Source: Erysipelotrichaceae bacterium
GTDB lineage: Bacteria > Bacillota_I > Bacilli_A > RFN20 > CAG-826
Assembly: GCA_012729405.1 (NCBI GenBank)
Contig: JAAYDH010000055.1
Location: 1-35,680 of the forward strand
Direction: 5' to 3'
DNA: 35,680 nucleotides
In this document: one piece after another, positions 26,263-34,762 of the stretch
Numbering within the stretch: the first letter of the stretch is position 1
Layout of the letters: the number at the start of each line of letters is the position of its first letter
Notes under the pieces: generated by a model
Told to the model about the DNA's origin: nothing
Database searches by the model: none
Seen by the model: only the letters and a program-made list of their open reading frames with translations
Made by a program: the position numbers and the translations under genes

Positions 26263-27522
26263 ATGGCTATTTTATTTAACTTTCTCTACATCCTTCTCTT
26301 TATCTTCTGCCTCTCGATTCTGATTATCGTTCACGAACTCGGACATTTTGCAATGGCAAAAGCCTTCCGGGTCTATTGTTTAGAATTCTCGATCGGTTTC
26401 GGTCCAAAACTATTCTCTTTCAAAAGAAAGAACGCCGAGACTCGTTTCTCCCTTCGAGGAATTCCCTTTGGAGGATATGTCTCTATGGTCGGAGAAGGAA
26501 CAGAAGTTCCGGCCGGAATTGAAGTTCCTGAGTCACGCAACTTTAATAAAATTAAAAAGTGGAAACGCATCATTATTTTAGTGGCTGGTGTGACAATGAA
26601 CGCCTTTCTTGCTTTAGGTGTTTTCTTTATCTCCGAGATGGCTTTTGAACAAACGGAGGTTTTGGCCGGTCAATTAATGGTGACGGAGAATTCCGTCGCG
26701 GCTAGTGCCGGACTTCAAAGCAACGATCGAATCTATCTCGACAGCGAGACTTTCGGAGAAAATGCACCAATCTATGTTGTTGATAGAACAAATGCCTATT
26801 TTACATATTTCGACGAAACAACCGCCCACGTAATTGTCGTTTTATCGCGTTCGATGCCCAGTTACTCGCAACGCAGTTGGAGCGATTATCTCAATTATTT
26901 GAACCCCGAAGCTATTGATGAAACGGAAGATTTAGATAAACACATCGTGCCAATTACTGCAGATGTCAATTCGGTGACTTTCAATATTACCAAATACGAC
27001 CTTGTAACCGAAGGCGAGGAACAGACCACAACTCCAGTTTCCGTCACTCTTAAGGCTAAATCCAACCTCACATCGCCAAAACGCTATTTCGAAGATATTG
27101 GTCTTTCTTTCTCTCTCCATAAATACCGCAACACTTTTGCTCAGGCGAATAAGAACACTTGGAATTTAATGGGAGAATCTTCCGCAGCTATTTTCAAAGG
27201 ATTAGGTTCTTTATTTACCTCCCCTGGCCAAGCAGGAGGAATTATTGCAGTTGGATTCGTCACGACATCGACTCTGCAAAACTTTGGGATTGTATCCTTC
27301 ATTCAACTATGGGGTTTAATTTCAATCAACTTAGCGATTATTAATTTATTGCCTTTCCCCGGATTAGACGGATGGCAAATCTTCGTTTTGATTTTCGAAT
27401 CGATTACAAAAAGAGAGATTTCTCAAAAGACCAAAAACATCGTTTCGAGCATTGGGATAATTCTCCTTTTCGGTTTGATGTTTGTCCTTTTAATCAAGGA
27501 TGTCTTCATGTTTATGATTTAA
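26263..27522 (+). CDS. rseP: RIP metalloprotease RseP/RasP (site-2 protease, M50 family)
   Basis: HELGH in the first TM segment, a central PDZ-like region, and NLLPFPGLDG near the C-terminus. Confidence 0.93.
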   Translation: MAILFNFLYILLFIFCLSILIIVHELGHFAMAKAFRVYCLEFSIGFGPKLFSFKRKNAETRFSLRGIPFGGYVSMVGEGTEVPAGIEVPESRNFNKIKKWKRIIILVAGVTMNAFLALGVFFISEMAFEQTEVLAGQLMVTENSVAASAGLQSNDRIYLDSETFGENAPIYVVDRTNAYFTYFDETTAHVIVVLSRSMPSYSQRSWSDYLNYLNPEAIDETEDLDKHIVPITADVNSVTFNITKYDLVTEGEEQTTTPVSVTLKAKSNLTSPKRYFEDIGLSFSLHKYRNTFAQANKNTWNLMGESSAAIFKGLGSLFTSPGQAGGIIAVGFVTTSTLQNFGIVSFIQLWGLISINLAIINLLPFPGLDGWQIFVLIFESITKREISQKTKNIVSSIGIILLFGLMFVLLIKDVFMFMI

Positions 27523-27526
27523 AACT

Positions 27527-30500
27527 ATGAATGAAAAAATGGTTCGCTTCTTATCAAGTATCGGCATCGAGAACTTCGATGATTTTGATCTTGATTTTGA
27601 CATGATTGGACGCAACCGTTTTAATAAACAACAATATGACATGGTAATTGTCAAAACTAAACCATGGAAATATTATCTCCTTAGGCAATTTCAAGATAGA
27701 TTGATTAATATCGATTATCCCTATACGCTCCGTTTTTCTTATTTAGTTCGCCCAGATTATCACAATGCGATTTCTTTATTTGATGACTGGTATCAGACGA
27801 TTTATCGTCTCCCTCATAATTTAGTTATTACCGGCGATGAAGAAGATCGCTTGTACATCGAATATCTCAACGAAAGCGAGAAAGAACAATATGGTCAAGC
27901 GATTGCTGATTTTCGCGACTTTTTGAGTTTTATCAACTATGAATTCGTTATCGTTGAATCCGTTAAGCCATTCGAAGAACAAACTCCGGAAGTATCTACT
28001 AGACAGATGAAAAAGATTATCAAGAACGCTGAAATAGAAGCAGTTGAAACGCTGGAAGAAATCGCGGAAAAGCCGGAAATCGTCGACCGTAACGATGCTG
28101 CTGATATTGCCGAACAAGAACGAAAAGAATTAAAAGAGAAAGTTGAAGCGGCATATTTAGAAATCATGAAGCGCAACGCGGAAGAGATGGCTAAAGAGAG
28201 ACGCCGAGCAATGTTAAATAAACGCGGAAACTATCAGCCTATTGAGAGAATTGATTCTATTAATGAAAATTCAGGAAATGTTGACTTCTCCGGCCAAATC
28301 TTTTCGATTGAACTCCGCGAATTTGCCGACTCGACAAAAATCACCATTGGTGTCAATGACAAGTTTGGCGGTGCAATCATGGTTGGAGCTTACGAAAATA
28401 AACAAATCCCTGAAGATACAATCAAACTTCTAGATAAAGGAGCTAATGTCCGTATTCGTGGTGTGGCTTACGCGGATAATTTCACCAAAGAAGTAACAGT
28501 CAAAATGCATTATATCGATCTTCTTCCTCCAGATGAAATCGTTCCTGATGATGAAGAAATCAAAAGAGTCGAGCTCCACCTCCATAGCACGATGTCCAAT
28601 ATGGATGGCGTCACGAGCATGGATGACTATTGTCGTTATGCAAAAGCACTCGGGCACAAGACCATCGCCATTACTGATCACGCGGTCGTTCAAGGGTATC
28701 CAGAAGCTCAAAAAGCTGCTAAAAAGAATGGTTTAAAGATGATTTACGGCGCGGAACTCTACATGGTGGATGACAAGCTCAATTACATCAAAAACCCCGT
28801 AAATACCCCTTTAAACAAGGCTAAATACGTCGTATTGGATTTAGAAACCACCGGATTAAGCTCTCGATATGATAGGATCATTGAGTTTGGCGCGGTCAAA
28901 GTCGAGCACGGTTTGGTGTCTTCTCATTTTGATGTGCTTATTAATCCAGGATTCTCGTTAACGAGACAGATTACTGAAATCACTGGAATCACCGATGAAT
29001 TATTGAAAGACAAACCATCTATAAAAGATGTAATTAAAGATATTCTCGATTTTATCGGAGATGCGATTTTAGTCACTCATAACGCCGAATTCGATATTTC
29101 CTTCTTACAGGAATCTCTCGAGAGATTAGGTAGGCCTCCTCTTGCTAATCCAGTTATTGATACTTTACAGTTGTCACGTTATCTCTTCCCTGACAGCAAG
29201 AGACACTCCCTCGGTGCATTGTGTAACAATTTAGAAGTTAAATACGATGAAGAGCAAGCTCACCGTGCGGACTACGACGCGCAAGTTCTGAATGACGTCT
29301 TCCAACCTATGTTGTCTCGTCTAATTAGGCAACATCACATTATCACACACGCTGATTTGCAAAAGTTGGAAACTCCTCCATCTCTTTTAAAACATATCTA
29401 CCCTGTTCACATTGTTGTTTTAGCTAAGGACAAAATCGGTTTAAAGAATCTCTACAAGATGATTTCTTTATCTCATATCGAATATCTCGCGGAAGTACCA
29501 AAGATTCCTCGGCGAGAAGTTGAAAAACATCGCGATCATTTACTAATTGGTTCTGCCTGTTTTAACGGCGAAGTCTTTAGAACCGCCCGTTATTACAACG
29601 CTCAACGTTTGAAAGAAGTGATGACTTTTTATGACTACATTGAAGTTCAACCATTGGAGAACTATTCATTCCTCGTCAACATGGGTGAAATGACTCAAGA
29701 AGCAGTGAAAAGATATGTTGCCGACATCGTTGAAACCGCAACCGAAGCCGGAAAGACAATCGTGGCAACAGGTGATGTCCATTATTTGACACCAAAAGAA
29801 AAAGTCTTCCGGGATATCTATATCTCTGCTAAGGGTTTAGGTGGCACCAACCACGCTCTTAATCCATATTCTCGCAACAAACAACCACCTTTTGAAAATC
29901 CCGATCAGCATTACCGAACCACCAAGGAAATGTTGGATTGCATGTCATTTTTAGGAAAAGATAAAGCTTATGAAATAACTGTCACTAATACGAACAAAAT
30001 TGCTGACATGATTGAGCCCATCGTTCCGCTTCCAAATGATAAACTTTATTCTCCTAAGATTGAAAATTCGGAGAAACTATTAACTGACCTCTGCTATCAG
30101 AAAGCCCACGAATTGTATGGTGATCCTTTGCCAAAGCCGATTAAAGAGCGACTTGATGCTGAACTTAATGGTATTATTTCGAATGGATTCTCAGTTATTT
30201 ACTACATTGCTCACAAAATTGTTAAGAAGACACAAGAAGACGATTATATTGTCGGATCTCGTGGCTCGGTTGGTTCGAGCCTTGCAGCAACTATGGCAGG
30301 TATTACGGAAGTTAATCCCTTGCCACCTCATTATCTGTGCAAGGAGTGCCATTATTTAGAATGGACAAGCGAGACGATGCCCGACTATCGTTCGGGCTAT
30401 GATTTACCCGAAAAGAAGTGTCCAGTTTGTGGCGCGGACATGATTCACGACGGACAGGATATTCCATTTGAGACTTTCTTGGGTTTCCACGCTGAAAAAA

Positions 30501-31969
30501 CACCTGATATTGACTTAAACTTTCCTCGTGATTATCAATCTCGTGCTCACGATTACACAAAAGAATTGCTAGGTGAAAACAATGTTTTCCGTGCAGGAAC
30601 AATTGAAACCGTGAAGGATAAAACAGCCTTCGGTTTTGCGCGCGGTTATATCGAGCGAAAAGGTCTTGATCCGAACACCTTTCCCAAATCCAAAATTGCT
30701 TATTATGCGTCAGGTTGTATCGGTGTGAAAAGAACCACCGGTCAACACCCTGGGGGAATCGTTGTTATTCCTAACGAATATGAGGTCTATGACTTTACTC
30801 CAATTCAATACCCTGCTGACGAACCAGAATCATCTTGGAAGACCACCCATTTCGACTTCCATTCCATTCACGATACGGTTTTAAAACTCGACTTATTAGG
30901 TCACGTCGATCCAATGGCGTTACGCATGATGTCCAAATTGACCAACGTCAAACTGGAAGACATTCCATTAAACGACAAGGAAACACTTTCAATTTTCTCA
31001 TCTCCAAAGGCTTTAGGAATGAAAAACGACTATATGGTCTCCAAAACTGGAGCGATGGGTATTCCCGAATTCGGGACTAATTTCGTTCGTGGAATTCTCG
31101 AAAAAACAAGTCCAAAAACATTTTCAGATCTTGTTATTATTTCTGGCCTATCCCATGGAACCGGCGTCTGGCAAGGCAACGCGGAGAACTTAATTAACTC
31201 GCAGAAAGCCACCCTTCAAGAAGTCATTGGATGTCGTGACGATATTATGACTTACCTCATCAATAAAGCTATTCCGGCCGCTATCAGCTTCTCAATCATG
31301 GAAGACGTCCGTCATGGAAAGGGCTTGAAACCTGAATTTATTGAAGTGATGAAGGTTCACAAAGTTCCTCAATATTACATTGATTCCTGTAATTTAATTA
31401 AGTACATGTTCCCAAAAGGACATGCGGTTGCGTATGTCACAATGGCGATTAGAGTAGGTTACTTTAAAGTTCATTATCCACTCGAATATTACGCGACATT
31501 CTTTTCTGTGCGCTCCAAACAATTCGATATTTCAGCGATGATTAAAGGAAGAGATGCTATTATTAGTCGTCTTGATGAGTTAAAATTGAAAAGCAAAAGT
31601 AAGACTGATAAGCTTACTCCGAAGGAAGAAGACCAGATTGTTACTTTACAAATTGCTCTCGAAATGGTTCAGCGTGGATACAAATTTGAGAACATTGACT
31701 TGTATAGATCTGAGGTCGCTGACTTCATCGTTGATCATCAAAATAAAGCGCTTATCCCTCCCTTCACAACCATTGATGGTTTAGGAGAGAACAACGCACT
31801 GACCGTGATCAAAGCCCGTAAAGAAGGTAAATTCTTCTCAAAAGAAGATTTGCTCCGTCGAACAAAATTAACAACCACCAACGTCAATGACTTATCGGTC
31901 TTAGGAGTTCTTGATGGTTTAAATGAAACTGATCAAATGACTCTTTTTGACCTGAATGATTTGTCATAA
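27527..31969 (+). CDS. polC: DNA polymerase III alpha subunit, PolC type
   Basis: 1480 aa. PHP domain (VELHLHSTMS), inserted 3'-5' exonuclease (VVLDLETTGL, HNAEFDISFL), Zn finger (CKECHY...CPVCG), polymerase core PDIDLNF. No TGA codon anywhere in frame. Confidence 0.97.
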   Translation: MNEKMVRFLSSIGIENFDDFDLDFDMIGRNRFNKQQYDMVIVKTKPWKYYLLRQFQDRLINIDYPYTLRFSYLVRPDYHNAISLFDDWYQTIYRLPHNLVITGDEEDRLYIEYLNESEKEQYGQAIADFRDFLSFINYEFVIVESVKPFEEQTPEVSTRQMKKIIKNAEIEAVETLEEIAEKPEIVDRNDAADIAEQERKELKEKVEAAYLEIMKRNAEEMAKERRRAMLNKRGNYQPIERIDSINENSGNVDFSGQIFSIELREFADSTKITIGVNDKFGGAIMVGAYENKQIPEDTIKLLDKGANVRIRGVAYADNFTKEVTVKMHYIDLLPPDEIVPDDEEIKRVELHLHSTMSNMDGVTSMDDYCRYAKALGHKTIAITDHAVVQGYPEAQKAAKKNGLKMIYGAELYMVDDKLNYIKNPVNTPLNKAKYVVLDLETTGLSSRYDRIIEFGAVKVEHGLVSSHFDVLINPGFSLTRQITEITGITDELLKDKPSIKDVIKDILDFIGDAILVTHNAEFDISFLQESLERLGRPPLANPVIDTLQLSRYLFPDSKRHSLGALCNNLEVKYDEEQAHRADYDAQVLNDVFQPMLSRLIRQHHIITHADLQKLETPPSLLKHIYPVHIVVLAKDKIGLKNLYKMISLSHIEYLAEVPKIPRREVEKHRDHLLIGSACFNGEVFRTARYYNAQRLKEVMTFYDYIEVQPLENYSFLVNMGEMTQEAVKRYVADIVETATEAGKTIVATGDVHYLTPKEKVFRDIYISAKGLGGTNHALNPYSRNKQPPFENPDQHYRTTKEMLDCMSFLGKDKAYEITVTNTNKIADMIEPIVPLPNDKLYSPKIENSEKLLTDLCYQKAHELYGDPLPKPIKERLDAELNGIISNGFSVIYYIAHKIVKKTQEDDYIVGSRGSVGSSLAATMAGITEVNPLPPHYLCKECHYLEWTSETMPDYRSGYDLPEKKCPVCGADMIHDGQDIPFETFLGFHAEKTPDIDLNFPRDYQSRAHDYTKELLGENNVFRAGTIETVKDKTAFGFARGYIERKGLDPNTFPKSKIAYYASGCIGVKRTTGQHPGGIVVIPNEYEVYDFTPIQYPADEPESSWKTTHFDFHSIHDTVLKLDLLGHVDPMALRMMSKLTNVKLEDIPLNDKETLSIFSSPKALGMKNDYMVSKTGAMGIPEFGTNFVRGILEKTSPKTFSDLVIISGLSHGTGVWQGNAENLINSQKATLQEVIGCRDDIMTYLINKAIPAAISFSIMEDVRHGKGLKPEFIEVMKVHKVPQYYIDSCNLIKYMFPKGHAVAYVTMAIRVGYFKVHYPLEYYATFFSVRSKQFDISAMIKGRDAIISRLDELKLKSKSKTDKLTPKEEDQIVTLQIALEMVQRGYKFENIDLYRSEVADFIVDHQNKALIPPFTTIDGLGENNALTVIKARKEGKFFSKEDLLRRTKLTTTNVNDLSVLGVLDGLNETDQMTLFDLNDLS

Positions 31970-31981
31970 AGACGCTCATCT

Positions 31982-32058
31982 CGGGAAGTAGCACAGCTTG
32001 GTAGTGCGCTTGGTTCGGGACCAAGAGGTCGTGGGTTCGAATCCCATCTTTCCGACCA
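31982..32058 (+). tRNA. tRNA-Pro (anticodon CGG), CCA encoded
   Basis: Hand-folded cloverleaf: acceptor CGGGAAG/CTTTCCG (one G-U), D stem GCAC/GTGC, anticodon stem CTTGG/CCAAG with loop TTCGGGA (CGG, G37), T arm GTGGG-TTCGAAT-CCCAT, discriminator A plus CCA. 77 nt. Confidence 0.92.
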
Positions 32059-32067
32059 CTCGAAAAT

Positions 32068-32091
32068 AACTCTTCATATGAAGAGTTTTTT
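32068..32091 (+). terminator. Rho-independent terminator after tRNA-Pro (ends the polC transcription unit)
   Basis: Stem AACTCTTC / GAAGAGTT with loop ATAT, followed by TTTTGTTT. Confidence 0.8.
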
Positions 32092-32197
32092 GTTTCCTTT
32101 AAATAGATGGGGACATCCATAAACATATGGATTTCTTTATTCATTTAAGAATAAAAATGTTTTATGCTTTAGATACGGTTGTTATAATTAAGAAGTT

Positions 32198-33097
32198 ATG
32201 GCGTCATCACTAAAACTAGCTAGGAGAAACATCGATCAAAAATCTATCTTTGATCGCCGCATTCATGAGATTGATTTGGTTCGAGGTCTTCTTATTATTT
32301 TAGTTGTCTGCGACCATATATTTTGGAATCTAAAACATTACGGAGCCATCTGGTACGATGCCTCGAGCAATACGAATAAAGCGTTTCTCTTCTTCCGAGA
32401 TTTTTTTGGTTGGTATTGGACCTCAAGCGCCCGCTCAGTCATCCAACCAATTATCCTAATGGCCTTTTGTTTTATTTCTGGCGTCTCTTGCGCTTTTAGC
32501 CGTAATAACTGGAAACGAGCAGTGCAGACCCTTACCATTTGGTTCTTAATTGCTTCTATAAGTAATATCGCTCAAATATTTGGATTCTTTCCGGACCAAG
32601 GAACGGTGAGAGTGGACTTCAATATTATCGGTGTACTTGGTTTCAGCACCTTGTTTTATTGTTTTATTCAAAATCGGAGTTGGAAATCACTCGCGGCTGC
32701 GACTCTGATTGCTTTTGTTATGTCGTGGTTTATCATTCCCAACATTCAGGATAATTTTATCCGATTTTTTGGCTCATCTCCGGTTGTTCATGCTGAACAT
32801 ACGTCTTATGTTCCGAATTTTTACTTCCCATTTTTCTGGGAACCAGCGGAGGTATTCGGTGGGACTAGACAGGCTGACTATGTCCCCTTATTTCCGTATA
32901 TTATGTTTTTCTTCGGCGGTGCTTTAGTCACCTATTTTGTGTATCAAAAGAAACGAAAGTCCTTGTTCCGCTCTTTCGAATGGGAAAGACCAATTTGTTT
33001 CGTAGGCCGCCACACTTTCGTTATTTATATTGTTCATCAAGCTGTGCTCACGGGTTTATTCACCGTGCTTAACGCCATTATACAAGCTTATTATTAG
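32198..33097 (+). CDS. Polytopic membrane protein, DUF1624 / heparan-alpha-glucosaminide N-acetyltransferase-like (acyltransferase-3-like)
   Basis: 299 aa with multiple TM helices. Family-typical pattern RIHEIDLVRGLLIILVVCDH at the N-terminus, FCFISGVSCAF, and VGRHTFVIYIVHQ near the C-terminus. A TATAAT at 32183-32188 lies upstream. Confidence 0.6.
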   Translation: MASSLKLARRNIDQKSIFDRRIHEIDLVRGLLIILVVCDHIFWNLKHYGAIWYDASSNTNKAFLFFRDFFGWYWTSSARSVIQPIILMAFCFISGVSCAFSRNNWKRAVQTLTIWFLIASISNIAQIFGFFPDQGTVRVDFNIIGVLGFSTLFYCFIQNRSWKSLAAATLIAFVMSWFIIPNIQDNFIRFFGSSPVVHAEHTSYVPNFYFPFFWEPAEVFGGTRQADYVPLFPYIMFFFGGALVTYFVYQKKRKSLFRSFEWERPICFVGRHTFVIYIVHQAVLTGLFTVLNAIIQAYY

Positions 33098-33105
33098 GAG
33101 GAATT

Positions 33106-34758
33106 ATGCTCGAAAATTTATCGCTTTACGAAGCTTTTCAAACGTCTGTAACAAACACCCCGTCAGGTAAAGCTGTCTACTATCAAGGCACACAGCTCTC
33201 CTATCGTCGCCTTTCTCGCCTTGTCGATAGAATGGCGGATATTTTAGTTCACTGCCTCAATGTCAAACCTAAAGATGTCATTTTGGTCGCTCAGCCGAAC
33301 ATTCCCGATACATTGATTTTGATATACGCCATCAACAAGATTGGGGCGATCGTCAACTTGGTACATCCATTAACTCCATACAATCAAATTCGGAGCATTA
33401 TGGAAAAGACAAAAACCAAGATTTCTTTCTTGTTTGAACAACGCGTCGCAAAAGAAGTCGAACAATATCGCGAAATTGCTGATCAAATCTATGTCACTCG
33501 AATTGAAGATTTTTTGCCCTTTTTGAAGAAAAACATCTATCACATCTTCATGAATAAAGATATTCGCAAAAAATTAGGACGTTTTAGAGGAAAATTTAAA
33601 GGTTTCCGTTATCTCTATCAATTAAAACCGACTGGTAAACCAGTTGAAACCGTGACCGGAAAATCCAAAGAAATATCTGTCTATCTCCATAGTGGTTCAA
33701 CCACCGGAGATCCCAAGATTATTTGTTTATCGGATGAAAATTTCAACTTCATCTGTGACCAAACCGATGTCGCCGCCAGCTTGCCTCGTGAACAGCTAAA
33801 AGGTTTTGGAATGTTAAGTATTCTTCCAAGCTTCCACGGATTTGGTTTTTGCATGACGATGCACAATAGTTTAACTAACTCGATGAATTGTATTTTGATT
33901 CCGAAGTACTCGCCAAAAGAAATTGTAAAAACAATGAAAAAAACAAACGTTAATCTATGCGTTGGTGTGCCGACGATGTATGAGAGTTTGGTGAATAATC
34001 ACGCCTTCGTAAAATCGAAGAAATTGAAGAAATGGATTGTTTGCTTCTCCGGTGGAGACTCTCTATCAGCCGACTTAAAGAAACGCTTCGATGAAGTGAT
34101 GCAGTTACATGGTTCGCCTTGCCGCCTCTTTGAAGGCTACGGCTTAACTGAGTCAGTTGCGGCGATTACAATTAACACATTCGAACACAATCGCGATGGT
34201 TCAATTGGTTATCCACTAAAGAATGTTCAGATTCGCATTGTCGATGATAATGGAAAAGATTTACCACACGGCGAGATCGGAGAAATTGTTATTAAGAGCC
34301 CAGCGACTATGGTCAGTTATTTAAATGATTTAGAGGCCACCAAAAAGGCCGTCATTGATGGCTGGTTATACACTGGCGATTTAGGGTATCTCGATGACGA
34401 TAACTATCTATTTTTTAAACTTCGTAAAAAGAGAGTTATCAAGGTTTCTGGTGTTGGTGTTTTTCCCACCGAGATTGAAGCTTTGATTAACCATATTCCA
34501 GGTGTTAAAGGCTGTTGCGGGATTCGTATACCTGATATACGTCTCCAATCCGCGGTAAAAGTCTTTGTCGTCGCTAATTATTTTGATGAGCAAGGAATGA
34601 AAAACCTCATTCTTGACACTTGCCGCAAGTATCTTATTCGTTGGGCGGTTCCAAAAGAGATTGAATTCATCGATAAATTACCCATGACACGATTAAACAA
34701 GATTGACTTTGCTCGTTTGCAAAGAGAAGAAGACGCTCGTCGTCAGACAGGAAATTAA
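33106..34758 (+). CDS. Adenylate-forming enzyme (ANL superfamily; acyl-CoA synthetase / fatty-acid AMP ligase-like)
   Basis: AMP-binding motifs YLHSGSTTGDPKI, FHGFGF, EGYGLTES, YTGDLGYLD, KVSG and a C-terminal LNKID lysine. AGGAGG overlaps the upstream stop codon (8-nt gap). Confidence 0.85.
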   Translation: MLENLSLYEAFQTSVTNTPSGKAVYYQGTQLSYRRLSRLVDRMADILVHCLNVKPKDVILVAQPNIPDTLILIYAINKIGAIVNLVHPLTPYNQIRSIMEKTKTKISFLFEQRVAKEVEQYREIADQIYVTRIEDFLPFLKKNIYHIFMNKDIRKKLGRFRGKFKGFRYLYQLKPTGKPVETVTGKSKEISVYLHSGSTTGDPKIICLSDENFNFICDQTDVAASLPREQLKGFGMLSILPSFHGFGFCMTMHNSLTNSMNCILIPKYSPKEIVKTMKKTNVNLCVGVPTMYESLVNNHAFVKSKKLKKWIVCFSGGDSLSADLKKRFDEVMQLHGSPCRLFEGYGLTESVAAITINTFEHNRDGSIGYPLKNVQIRIVDDNGKDLPHGEIGEIVIKSPATMVSYLNDLEATKKAVIDGWLYTGDLGYLDDDNYLFFKLRKKRVIKVSGVGVFPTEIEALINHIPGVKGCCGIRIPDIRLQSAVKVFVVANYFDEQGMKNLILDTCRKYLIRWAVPKEIEFIDKLPMTRLNKIDFARLQREEDARRQTGN

Positions 34759-34762
34759 TTAT

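Noticed and set aside
32115-32140. The second hairpin (ATCCATA-AACA-TATGGAT plus TTCTTTATT) downstream of the tRNA-Pro terminator, as a separate regulatory RNA or small gene.
   Set aside because: It is most simply a back-up terminator or insulator ahead of the next operon's promoter. No ORF or conserved RNA motif is recognisable, so it is not reported as a feature.
31884-32144. The 86-aa minus-strand ORF overlapping the polC 3' end, tRNA-Pro and its terminator.
   Set aside because: It is fully explained by the tRNA gene and terminator on the plus strand. It has no SD and a low-complexity translation.
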